From: Octopus vulgaris
Taxonomy: Eukaryota
Reading direction: 5' to 3'
Assembly (NCBI GenBank): GCA_951406725.2
Contig: OX597815.1
Location: forward strand, 13,826,001-13,890,000
Length of the DNA stretch: 64,000 nucleotides
The position numbers and the translations under genes were made by a program. Within the stretch, counting starts at the first letter, position 1. Each line of letters opens with the position of its first letter. The notes below the pieces were generated by a model. It did no database searches. It saw only the letters and a list, made by a program, of their open reading frames with translations, and was not told the origin of the DNA. This document shows, piece after piece, positions 25,811-39,060 of this stretch.

Positions 25811-26180
25811 GGTGGCGATTTGGCAGAATCGTTGGAACGCCAAGCAAAATATTTAGCACTCTATCCATCTTTACGTTCCGAGTTCAAATTCTACCAAGGT
25901 CGAATTTGCCTTTAATTCTTTCTTGGTCTATACAATAAATACCAGTTGATGTAATTGATGTAATTGAATTGATCCTTCCTCGGAATTGCTAACCTTATGG
26001 CAAAAATTAAAACCAATATATGGTCTTTCTTAAGTTCTGAGTCCAAATTCTACCGGCTGACTCTACCTTTCACCCTATTGTTGTCTTTAAAGTAAGTACT
26101 ACAGGCGAGCACTGAAACTGATATAATCGACTTGATCCGTCTTCGAAAATGCTGTCCTTGTAAAACATTTTCAAGCTAAT
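25811..26180 (+). mobile_element. Two head-to-tail SINE family B copies (tail type 1)
   Basis: ggtggcgatttggcagaatcgtt...gagttcaaattc...; spacer/TSD aatat(t/a)tggtctttct(t)aa before (about 25793) and between (about 26015) the copies. Confidence 0.8.
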
Positions 26181-26856
26181 ATTTAATCGTTCCTTGTAAT
26201 ATACTTAGGCTATTGCATCCGAAGTATTCACCCGTATTTGTTCGATTTTTCTGCGTTCCTTTTACCCGTGGTGTTTCACCGACCCCATATATCTGTATAC
26301 ACGATGTGTGTTTATAACAACTGAATTGTTTGTTACTTCTACTTTACTACTACACACATGGTATTCGTATATACACTGATATACCATAAATTGACCATCG
26401 AATATGTCCTTTTTTTCTGTGTAACGATGTTATTACTGTATTTATATGACTTACTATATTTTTAAAATCATATTTGTATTGCCCTCATTGTCATCATTAT
26501 GGTATTATCTTTCTTGCCCTTTCTGCTATCGCTCCTCTCCTCCCTCTATTCAACTGATATCTCTCTTATCCTTTTGCTTTTTCTCTATAATTCTTTCTAT
26601 GTGAATTTTTTTCTGGCTAAATCTATATACATTAATGTATTTCATTCGAAATTAATGGATAAGGATCATACGCTGTACAATGTTGTTATATAACCGCTTG
26701 AAACATATGTACCAAATGCATTGGCAACATCAATAAATTGCTTTGTGATAATTTTCTAATAGCACATGGCTTATGTCAATAGAAATATAGTTATTCCTTA
26801 TTTGAATAAGACGTTTATAACATATCCACTAAGTGTACTGCATCAAGGCTTACTAC

Positions 26857-27194
<338 letters not shown>

Positions 27195-27211
27195 AAACAT
27201 ATACATATATA

Positions 27212-27659
27212 TATTATCGAGTTAGAGAGACGTAATTGATACAAACTAATTTATTAATTAATCAACATATGCACCAACAATTGTTTCATTTCACAATGAT
27301 AATTTACAAGACACACACACGCACATGAATATATATATATATATATACTTTTACATTTTAGATACCTTGCATTCAAAAACATCAGGGTGTACAAAGGTCA
27401 ATAAGGATTACATTAGGATACGTTTTAAATAATCAGAATTTTCTGAGTATTCCAAACGTATCCCAATTGGATCGTTATTGACCTTTGTACACCCTGATGA
27501 TTTTCGATACAAGGTATCTGAAATGCAAAATTATATGTTTATATATGCCTTGTAATTAGAATTTTGTTTATGAAGTGAAACAATTGTAGGTAAATATGTT
27601 GAGTAATTAATAAATTAATTTCTATTCATTAGATCTCTCTGCTTTCTAACTCGATAATA
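27212..27659. repeat. Diverged foldback palindrome (~220-bp arms, centre about 27440)
   Basis: tattatcgagttaga...catcagggtgtacaaaggtcaataa...tcagaa|tt|ttctga...ttattgacctttgtacaccctgatg...tctaactcgataata. Confidence 0.9.
27490..27530 (+). ncRNA. Hammerhead-ribozyme-like core in the palindrome arm
   Basis: CTGATGA (27494-27500), hairpin GATAC-aag-GTATC, GAAA (27520-27523). Spacing is non-canonical and activity is unproven. Confidence 0.35.
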
Positions 27660-27814
27660 ATGTTTGATATTTTATATAATATATTCATTAAAGGAATATC
27701 TCTTCAAAATACAAGGTAATAAATCCATGTATCTTGGATAAATATTCCTATAAGAGATTTAAATAAAATATCCTTATTGTGACTATATACATACATATGT
27801 ATGTATGTATGTAA

Positions 27815-27861
<47 letters not shown>

Positions 27862-28157
27862 TATACATATATATATATATATATGCATGTATGGTGTATG
27901 TATGTATGTGTGTATGCATGTATGTATATGTACGTAGTATATTTATATGTTCACGAATGTATTTTGAATGTTACGACATTTAAGTAATATCGGTATCATA
28001 TTTAAAGACACATAGGTGTCGCACGTACTAATCCAGTACGCACACCACACAGCATGCATAGAAGTACTTGTTATATAGTAAATGAATTATAAAGAATATC
28101 TTAAACGTATGATCTGGGAATACATTCACATTTCAAATATTGTTGTCGATACAGTAA

Positions 28158-28282
<125 letters not shown>

Positions 28283-30139
28283 ATGCATGTATGTATGTAT
28301 TCCGCTTTCGATACATACATATATTCAAAAATATATACATATACTTGTGACTGCACATGTATTTCGTCTATTTCAACGCATGTGCGTATGTGTATAATTA
28401 TAAACGTGTATATGCATATTGTTATATCTGCATATGTAACTGAGAGTGTATACATAAATATAATAACTGTACATACATGCGGTACGTATCTTCATCTTTT
28501 CTCATCATTTTGTAATATGAGAAGTATTATTAATATTTTTAGAAAATATAAATCTTTTCTTAACGGGTTATATTATTGAATAACTATTTTATTTCCGTGA
28601 TTTCACAAAAGCCATGCATTGTTGACTTAGTGTCACGACTTCCGAGTAAGACAGGGGAAGATAAGGAATAATGTAAAAGTATGAATTTTTATGTTCTTCA
28701 TTAAATTTTGTATTTAATGTTATTTAGTTTCAGAGAAAATTGACAAATGACAACACGATCTTTTTAGTTAAAAATCGTAAATTTTAGCACTTCAAAAGCA
28801 CACAAATTGTTCACTGCTAAATCTTTTGTTAGTAAATCCCCAGACTATGTTGTTGGTGTTCAGAAATTAATAGGACTAAAATGAGAAAACAGAAATAAAA
28901 CCGAAAACATGAATGGAAAGAAAGAACAGGACTTATTGGGGAGAAATAAATGGCAAATGGCGTTTCAGCCGAAAGGGGACTCATCTCTCTGCACACCAGA
29001 TTGTCTGAAGAGTCCTTCGATACTGGTGACGTTAGGAGTTATTGAATGTTTTGACTGCATTTTCTAGTAGACCGAGAGGCAGTGTCGAAATTCTTTACAC
29101 TTGGGTACGTAAACATCTAGAAACATTTGATCTCACTTCTCATTCTCTAATTATTCATGAACTATCAGTGTTTCTCCACACCTCTTTCAGAGTATTAATG
29201 CATACTCTAAACAGATTATGTGTTCATAGTTTTGTTTTTCGTTATGAGCAGAAATGTAGGTAAACACTATTCGTTATGACTTCCACTAAGTTTTAGGAAC
29301 GAATCCTAACAGTAGTTCAGTGTTTGCAATTTATTCTCTCATATTGAATCAAATCCCCAAGTTTTAATATTGAATCCGGAAAGACGCACCTCAAATTTGC
29401 CAATGCCGTGTTTACAAGTACAAAAGAAACGAAATGTGTAACCCACGTTAAATTCCAGATAACGCAATATACACTATACAACTCTTGAGTAATTAATGAA
29501 CTGACGGAGTCCATTATTCTGCCATTTTTCTAATGTAATATCAATGCATTTCTCATTTGAACAGAATCGAGATATTTTAGGATGGGTTATAGTTGATAAA
29601 GTATCGTTGTTTAACATATAATGCATGTATTTGTCTGGTATTATAATTTACCGGCATTCGAACGACGAAGGGAAGATCGATTATAAAGGGATTAAAACTC
29701 AGAAATGTAATTCTGATCATAAAATATAATAAAAAATAATTCTGCAATTGTCTTAAGGGCAACAGTATCATAACTACTGTAGTCCAATGATAATAGAACT
29801 GTGAAAGGGCGTATACAACGCTTTGCAATTATAAATGCTCCAACATATGGAATTATAAATGCAATTGTAAATGCTCCAAAATATGTAAAAATTCACTCAC
29901 ACACACACATGCACAAACATACACACACACACAAACACACACATGCGTACACACATATGTATCATTTTAATTACTATTATTTCATTGCGCATTGAGGATG
30001 TAGCATACTGGGTTTTCTTGTTACTCCTTCTTGCTGTCACGCAAGGGCCTTACGCAGAAGCCCGGTTTCAAAAAGCCTTACGCAGAAACACGGTTTCAAA
30101 GCAGAATGAGTTTTGGAACGCATGTCTGCTATGACGTGT

Positions 30140-31275
30140 AATGTGTCCAGATTGTATTATAGTCTCTGTGGAAACCTATGATGATAAAGGGTATAACGTT
30201 CATTGATATGACCCCCATATTCTTGATATAACATACCGAAAAGTGTTTTAGTTATTGGATTATTGTTTAATCTTTAGTTGGATTTCTCACTGCAACTCAC
30301 CCCCTGTTCCGCAACAAAGTTTACTATTTCTGATATTCTGTGTGTCTCTGGGGAGCTCTCATAACTCGTTTTGTTTCCTTCTTATTTTTTTTCATAAATG
30401 ACAGTTATTTAGTTTTTAACATGAAGTTCTTTCTTCTCTTCAAGTTTAACCCAAGTTAGTCTACAAAATATTTAAATATATTTTCTTTACACTATGCAAT
30501 TTTCTTCCCATTCCACGCAATCTGAAATGCTATGTTCTGTACTTCCATTCGTTCGTTTTATGCATAAACGATTGACATTCGCCTTTGGTTAAAGCGCTTC
30601 ATGCATAATTAGGCTTATTCTCGTTTTCCTGTCAATGCATCTACTTCATCTTTCTTCCACTTCAAAATTCCAACATCTATAACACATGAGCGTAACTGCC
30701 CACATTCCTTGAGTTATGCTTCGAATTCATACAGGCTTTAATCTCTTCAAACATATAGTTTTCATTTTCCCATTATTTCCATACACATTATAACATCGAG
30801 TTCCACAGTGACTAGATACTTGTATTCTATACGTTGACATTAGATTCTGAAATGCATGCACCCCATAAAATTATTTCCATTAAATGGGTTCGCTTTCTTT
30901 CTTCACGGATGAAGTCGCAGATTTTGATATGCCAAACGTCATTCCCATATCACTACAGCACGCCTTCATCATTTCACCTCGTGAATTTTTCTCCGTTTTT
31001 TTTTTTCTTTCTGTAATGCAAATATATATTTATTTAAATATATATTTATTCCACACATGACGAATTTCTGATCTGTCTAAGATGCATTTCTCACTAGTTT
31101 TGTAGCCCATGTTGACAATCCAATCCTAATTTCTCATTGAGACAAGTATTAAATCTGTAACAAATAACACGATGGAGAAACTATTCTCGTGGAAGATATT
31201 TCTTTCAACGCCTACACTTCCATGTGATTTCATGTTTACCACCAAGTTCTCTTTTCCGTTTATTCCTTCAACACT
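30140..31275 (-). mobile_element. Degenerate R4/Dong-like non-LTR retrotransposon RT fragment
   Basis: IFHENSFSIVLFV (cf. IFQGDSLSPLLFV), GMTFGISKSA, YKYLV, GILKWKKDE, IDRKTRISLIMHEAL..KANVNRL.IKR (cf. IDRKTRK..HGALHPKADVDRLY). Confidence 0.75.
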
Positions 31276-31277
31276 AT

Positions 31278-31319
<42 letters not shown>

Positions 31320-31612
31320 GGGTTCAACAAAAAAAGACTTAACTTTACCATCAGGAGAAACAAGGAATATATGTCAGCATCATGACGAACAAAAACTTTT
31401 AGAACTTTTAGAAATAGCAGCCAAAGAAAGAATTTAGCTATTTCCTCTACTATAAGAAGAGTCTCCTAGACAATGTATACTCAAAAACAATTCACGAAGG
31501 TATAGAGGGAAAAATAACAAAAGACCACTCGTACATCGATTACTTGAGAACGCCGTTATTGACAATATATATATATATAGACAATATATATTATTGACTA
31601 TATATATATATG

Positions 31613-31677
<65 letters not shown>

Positions 31678-31700
31678 GTAGATAGGTAGATATATAGATA
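31613..31700. repeat. (GATA)n microsatellite
   Basis: Direct inspection. Confidence 0.95.
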
Positions 31701-32097
31701 GTTAGATATGTATGTAGGTAAAGTTTTTAGCAAAGTTTGTAAAGACTAGTAATATTTTATGTTGTGTCGAGGTATTACTTCCTATATCGCATGTTTCTAC
31801 GGAATAACTAAAACGTAAGACAAACCAACTTCAGACAGAACGAATACTGCATTATAATTATTGCTTAATTTCTTGATGAACACATTTTACTGTTAGCAAG
31901 GTTTTAACTAACAAACAGCTCATGTGTCACTGATTTTAGTAGAAACTGCTATTACATTAAGACAAAGGTCGTCGCTATTTATATATTAATTTATTGTTTT
32001 TGTATTGCATGCGCTATAATGAGATGAGTTTACTACAGCAGTATGAAAAATATACGCCCTCCAGCACTTACTATGAGGACACACAGACAAACACACA

Positions 32098-32148
<51 letters not shown>

Positions 32149-32149
32149 T

Positions 32150-32420
32150 TAATTCTTCTACTGAATTCAGCCAGTGACTAGAGCCATGCTGGAGCACCAC
32201 CTTTCCGTGTTTTGGGGTCTCCTTTCGATACGCCTTTTGGTGAACAGGTGAACTGGACGGAGCTGCTCTTCTTTGTAACACCTGGCGTAATGTGGGCTCA
32301 TCAGAAATTTGTCCAGGTGTTTTTTGCAACGCTTCCACAGGTTCCTTGATTGGATATTAATTAGATGTGGTTCCCTGAAACCCAAGCTGTTGCAATACTG
32401 AGTTCTTATCTGAGATCATA
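32150..32420 (-). mobile_element. CR1-like LINE 3' end
   Basis: KKHLDKFL / DEPTLRQVLQRRAAPSSSPVHQ, then tail aaggtggtgctccagcatggctctagtcactggctgaa. Homologous to 45005-45245. Confidence 0.75.
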
Positions 32421-32509
32421 TTCATATACACAGAGAATGAAGAAAAGAAGGAAAAGGATGAAGAGAGAATACGAAAAATGAGTACAAGACTATATGCGCA
32501 CACAGACAA

Positions 32510-32554
<45 letters not shown>

Positions 32555-32789
32555 CATACAAACATACGCACATATATATCGCCTGAGAGATTGTTCTTAT
32601 GTGTCTGCATGTATGTATGAATATATATTTTAGACAACGCTTTATTCAAAATATATTTTATAATTGAGAAGATACAATAATTCTTTGTTGCATTTTGTAC
32701 TCAATATACAACAAGAACGCGAAAGCAAGTACAATTTCACCTTTGAAGAACGTGTTCACATGATATTTCGAATCATGTTATTATCAGTA

Positions 32790-34198
32790 AGGAAGAGGTT
32801 CGGAGGTGTGAACAGTACCTGAGAAGGGAGGAAGATAGCATTAAGCTGATCCTTCCCACACAGTCAACAGAGGAAAAGAACCTCAAAACAGTTGTGTATA
32901 GAACACAGGCGGTGGAGACAAAGAAAATTGAATGGATAAAAGAGGAAGAAATTGAAGAGTGCGTAGGAGAGGCAAAGAAAAAGGCAACTTATGTTAGAAG
33001 AGGGAAATAATTCGGTACGATGGAGGTGAGGTTTGCCACAAAGGAAGAGGCGGACTCGCACTCCACCACCATCCTCAGGACGGAAAAGATTGCGTTGTTG
33101 CCCACTTACAGAGGAAGACGAAGCGTCAGAGTTAAGATTTCGAGAGTGCCGCCAGAAATAAAAACGAAATGGTTGGTTGCAGTGGTACTGGCGTCTACAG
33201 AGGACGAACCCAAACTGGAACCAGTTGGTGAAGCAAATACGTTGAACTGGCGGGGATTTGGAGTGGAAATGTGACTTGTCGCCACAATCGAAGACATCGA
33301 GATAATCCCCTACCACATCGTGGTTGAGAACGAAACGATGTTAAATGTTGTAGTGGAGAGAAGGAGACCTAATTGCTATCTATGTGGAGTACGAGGACGC
33401 ATAAGCACCGAGAGTCCCTTATATGAATTCAAACAAAGCGAAGAGACAGTGGAAAAGGAACAAAAGAAAGAACAGATGCAGGTGAAAGTACAAACAGAAG
33501 CATAAAAATTAGACAAGGACTGTACCCAAAATGATAAAGACCACAAAAAATGTGAAATGAAAGAATCAAAGGCGGAGAGCGAGGGAGTTATTAGCCCCCA
33601 AAGAAGAAAGAGATCAAAGACAAGGGAACACTCAGAAGAAAACAAAAAATATAAGGAGAAATTTGAAACTAAGAAAAGGCAAGAGGAAGAAACAGAAAAT
33701 GTATAAATTTAAGGAAGCATGTATAACATAAAAAAAACAATTCGGACACGGAGAGAAGAATAGCGAAAATGAAAGGACTGGTAAGAGTAAGGCTGTCGGT
33801 AGACACTTTTGACTCAAATGATGGCGGTATTTTGGTACCTGAGGAAAGTTACGACAAATTCATGGAGGGCTTCGCAAAGAACATAAAACTGGTAAAATGG
33901 TGTCGGCTACATGAACGCCCGCCTACCATAAGGGACTATGAGAGACTAAAAAGACAAATTCAATTGTAATTTTTGTGAAATTCATTTATGAAAAAGGGAA
34001 AGAAAATTGTCGAAATGTAACCACTCGACTTCGGGGATCGAGTGGGCATTGCGCCTCATTTATATCTTTTCATATTTTCATTCATTTTCTTTAAATTTTT
34101 CGGCTTAATTCATCTTCTTTTTGAATTTTAAGTTCCCCGAATTTATGTTTTTTACGTGTGTATTGTCCCATTCTGTGTATAGCACCTTGTGGGTAATT
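32790..34198 (+). mobile_element. 5'-truncated ORF1-only (HAL1-like) retroelement, copy 2
   Basis: MEVRFATKEEADSHS...VPPEIKTKWL...LNVVVERRRPN-CYLCGVRGRISTES (decayed knuckle), E/K linker, KMKGLVRVRL...ERPPTIRDYERLKRQIQL* (33969). Followed by a hairpin (34021-34045), a T-rich 3' UTR and tail tgtgtatagcaccttgtgggtaat. Confidence 0.75.
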
Positions 34199-34744
34199 TT
34201 ATTTTTCCCCTGACGAAGGAGTCCTTATCGTAATGCACCCTCGTACATTAAAGACGCTGAAGAACCCCCTTCAATGGCCATAGGAAATGCAAATATGTTT
34301 TTCTTTTCCTTTTTTTTGCTTGGAGACTGGCTTTTCTTAATATGTTTTCTCCTTATCTTAAAAAGTAACTTTTAATCGAAACAAATTCTTAATTGATGAA
34401 CTTTTATCTTACCTTATATATTATATATTTATATGTTTTCTTATATCTACGTATTTTTATATATTTATATATTTTTATATATTTATATATTTATTATTCT
34501 AGATGTTATAATGTTAAAAAAAATTTTTTTAGACGCTGAAGTATTAATTTTTTAATTGCGATAGAATGTACTCACAAATTTTTTTATATGCTTGTCTAAA
34601 TGAATTATTGCTTCATCTTCTGTGATTTTATGCCTCTGTATTCTATGTGAAAGAAAAAGCATTATGTGATTAAATGTTCGAGATGTGATATGTTAGGTGG
34701 ATGACCTTAAATCTGTTGTTTGTTCTACAAGTTTGTATATATGT

Positions 34745-35159
<415 letters not shown>

Positions 35160-35246
35160 ATTTGAATTCGCCTTAAATGGTCCCTTTACATACTGAACAC
35201 TTGGTGAAATTGATTAATAATTAATTAATTTTACCCTCAATTGTTG

Positions 35247-35296
<50 letters not shown>

Positions 35297-35334
35297 TGTA
35301 TATATGTTTATATATGTACATATATATATGTGTG

Positions 35335-35545
35335 TATATGTGTCTTTGTTTGTACACACACCATTGCTTGATAACCGATGTTGCTGTGTTTACGTTCCCA
35401 TAACAATGCGGTTCGGCAAAAGGCACTGACAAAATAAGTAGAAGACTTACAAAGAATAAATCTTGTAGTCGATGTTTTCGACCAAAGGCGGTGTTCCTCC
35501 ATCTCTGCAGTCACATAACTGAAACAAGTAAAACAATAGAAAACA
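35335..35545 (+). mobile_element. 3' half of SINE family A, diverged
   Basis: gcggttcggcaaaagg...cttacaaagaataa...cgaccaaaggcggtgttcc...actgaaacaagtaaaa matches the reverse complement of 7400-7600. Confidence 0.8.
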
Positions 35546-35554
35546 CATGCCATT

Positions 35555-36300
35555 TTAATACCGAGCAACGCCGGGTTACTAAAAGCTATGAATACCCAAA
35601 TTGTGAAGTCAGTTATGTAATAACATGCAATTAATTAACCTATAGTAAGAATTCAAATAAAGTAGCCCCAAAACGGGCTTTAATGCGTTCCCAAAGTATA
35701 TAGATTTTAGGATGAAATACTAATAAGGTATGAATACTAAAAAGCGGGAAACGTTTTACGTAATAACAGGCTAATCTGATATGAGATAATAACAATTCAA
35801 AGTAATTAAACTGTGAAAAAATGCTTTTGTGCGTTCCCAGAGAATATTACCCTCAGGGGTGCTAGTGTTGGAATATTCGTGAATAAGTCACTAACCCAAA
35901 TAAGTGGATCAATTGTTTAAGAGAATACTATTTGTTTAAGCGTTATACTGGATATATTCAGAAAATAAATAAAGTAGTTCAAATACTAAGAAATAAGCAT
36001 ATTGAAAATGAAATCTGGTTATCTTCTTGGAGGTTATTTCCAAGAGGAAATGGGTTATTCCCCTTGGAAGCTTAAAAATAATTACTATCTCCGTTCACTC
36101 GCACCCAAATCTCATTGCTCCCACCGTTTACCCGAACCTATTTTCGAAATCAATTTATGCTTAAAACCTCCCCACACACATAAGAAATGTGCGTGTGAAG
36201 TTTAAGAAAAAAATTGGTCTAGATGTTTTGGCGCAAAACGAGGACATACCGATACAAACACACACACAGATATTTTCAGTTTTAATATGTATTATATATA
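35555..36300. mobile_element. Possible non-autonomous Helitron remnant
   Basis: Hairpin ccgagcaacgccggg at about 35561, identical to that of 50063 and 62711; terminal region ...cacacacagatattttcagttttaatatgtat. Orientation ambiguous. Confidence 0.4.
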
Positions 36301-36392
36301 TATATATATATGATGAAATTAAAGATAACTTAACAAATAAATATATGTGTGCGCGCGTGTGACCGTGTGTGTGTTTGCATCTGTTTATATAT

Positions 36393-36461
<69 letters not shown>

Positions 36462-36996
36462 TATCTATGGAAAAACTGGATTGTCTGTCCTTCGGGCGCA
36501 TTCAGTTATTTAACATCTGCCATTACAGTGAAACATCGAACTATAATAAAAACAGCCCATTACAACAAGAAAATATACAAAAATACACGCACACAATACG
36601 CGCAAACATACACACGTATATGTATATATATGTATATATATATATATATATATGTGCGTGTGGTTTGCACACACAACCATTCACACAATTTAGTGTGATC
36701 AGCGACTCACATTACAACATTTTTATAAATGTTGTAGTATTCCCACATATTTCAGTATCATAAGAAAATTATAATAGAAACATACTTGCTCTCTCTTTAC
36801 TTTGCTCTTTTATTCGCCTACATATTTTTATAGAAAACTTGCATTTTGGAAAATTGTCATTTAAAATAAAGTGTAATCATTTGACTGACATTCATTAGAA
36901 GACCCTCTGTTCGTTTCTCTCTCTCTCTCTCTTATCTCCATCTTTCTCTCCCTCCTTCAGTCTCTCCAGATATATAAATCTGTTTTTTCCTTGTAA

Positions 36997-37062
<66 letters not shown>

Positions 37063-37087
37063 GTATATGTATGGATGTATATATATA

Positions 37088-37287
37088 TTGTCAATCCAGA
37101 ACATGAACAAGAAAGAAAAACAACAACGTGAGGACATGGAATAAGAAGGACAAATGTTATTCGACGTTCAGGAAAGGAAAGAAATGAAAGAGGATTTCAC
37201 GTTTCGAGCGGAGCTCTACATCAGAAATATAGAAAAAAAGTCCAAAGGGAAGACAGAGAAAGAAAATCGCCGACGATTCCCGCGTGG
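37088..37287 (-). mobile_element. Penelope-type terminal repeat with minimal hammerhead-like core
   Basis: Minus strand CTGATGT-a-GAGC-tcc-GCTC-GAAACGT (37224->37199). Homologous to 8860-9000; lies between microsatellites. Confidence 0.6.
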
Positions 37288-37296
37288 TGTGTGTGT

Positions 37297-37361
<65 letters not shown>
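37287..37361. repeat. (TG)n microsatellite
   Basis: Direct inspection. Confidence 0.95.
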
Positions 37362-37363
<2 letters not shown>

Positions 37364-37423
37364 TATATATGTGTCTGTGTGTATTTGTGTAAATATGTAT
37401 ATATATATATATATACATATATA

Positions 37424-38013
37424 TTAGGTTGTCAAAAAACTTCTTGCGAAATTTATAATTTTGGTTTATATGAAGTATTTTCGAAGTAATTGTCGTTAAA
37501 TTACTCTGACTTTATATGCCGTTTTAAAGCCCGTTTTCCGCTCTATCTAATCCTGTCACTCCAGAAGCACTGTCAGCAAATGGATGAAAGGCATAAGAAA
37601 CTCTGACAACAACAACCAGCATTGGTCAACAGAAAAGGACCAATTCGTTTCCACGACAACGCTCGACCGCACGTTGCACAACTGGCCCTGCAGAAGTTGA
37701 ATGAATTGGGCTACAAAACTCAGCCCCATCCGCCATACTCACCAGACTGCACGCCTACCAACTACCACTTTTTCAACCATCTCCGCAACCTCCTCCGTGA
37801 GAAATGTTTCAGAAACCAAGACGATGCCAAACACGCCTTCAACGACCAGTACGCAGCCTTTTTACTCTACCTGGCATAAATAAACTTGTTTCGGGTTGGC
37901 AAAAGTGTGCTGATTCTGATGGTGTTTATTTGATTAATAATTTTTTTTGTAGCCGATATATGTGCATCTGGATTTAAAGGTTAAAAACCGCAAGAACTTT
38001 CTTGACAACCTAA
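37424..38013 (+). mobile_element. Internally deleted mariner (Hsmar1/cecropia-like), 590 bp
   Basis: TA TSDs; TIRs ttaggttgtcaaaaaacttcttgcg / cgcaagaactttcttgacaacctaa; transposase C-terminus LVNRKGPIRFHDNARPHVAQ...HPPYSPDCTPTNYHFF. Confidence 0.93.
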
Positions 38014-38679
38014 TATATATGTGAGGTAGTTCTCAGTTTTATCCATCTTGGCTCTCATACTCGAAATATTTATATTGGCTTACCTGAGATGAAGGGCTGA
38101 TTACAAACGCAGTTCGAAATATTTTTCTCGACAAACCTAAGCAACGGATGCCACATAAAGTCTCAGGAATTTCCAAAGTGTATTATAGTTGAATTTTTCA
38201 TAGTCACGGGCAGTATACAGAGAATGTGTTTTGGTTTTTCTGTAGCTGAAGTGATTGACTATAGAATACACAGAATTGAAAATCTATATGTATATTCAAT
38301 ACAGCATTAGTAAAACTTTTGTGTAAAAAAAAAAAAACACTTCAGAGATAAATGGCTGCAAGTCACTCAGTTTCAAGAATATAGAAATACTTTCATTTTA
38401 TATCCCTGATCGTAATTCGTATATATGAATGCCAGTCCATCAAGGGAGACATAAACTAAGCAAAACACAGCATATACAATAGTAGGAAATTTGAAGCAAC
38501 ATTCCACAAATCAGTGAGTGTTTCACTTCAGTAAAAAATTGGCACAGTGAAAAATAAAGGGAAGTGTAGGACAAGGTAACTATAGGATAACCTAAACGAA
38601 CCATGTTAAAAAGAAGTCTCACGTGAATTCTCTTAAAACATCGGGTTTCAGATATTACTCCTGTATAAAGTCCCATCAT

Positions 38680-38712
38680 GTACATACGTATGTATCTATG
38701 TATGTATACCCC

Positions 38713-38765
<53 letters not shown>

Positions 38766-38831
38766 TATATACACATATAGATGCATATATTGATATATAT
38801 GCATATGTATATGTATGTACAAGTATGTAAA

Positions 38832-38876
<45 letters not shown>

Positions 38877-38962
38877 GTATATATGTATGTGTGTGTGTGT
38901 GTGTGTACATGTATATATATATATATAAATATATACATATATATGTATGTATGTATCAATAC

Positions 38963-39012
<50 letters not shown>

Positions 39013-39060
39013 GTATATATATACATGTACGTGTGTGTATGATATTACATACATACAGAC
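38680..39060. repeat. Compound (TA)/(TG) microsatellite tract
   Basis: Direct inspection. Confidence 0.9.

Noticed and set aside
34205-34295. CTGACGA and CTGAAGA hammerhead-like starts
   Set aside because: No properly spaced stem II plus GAAA could be assembled.
37622-37879. SETMAR-like host gene
   Set aside because: Bounded by TIRs and TA duplications with an upstream stop; no SET domain.
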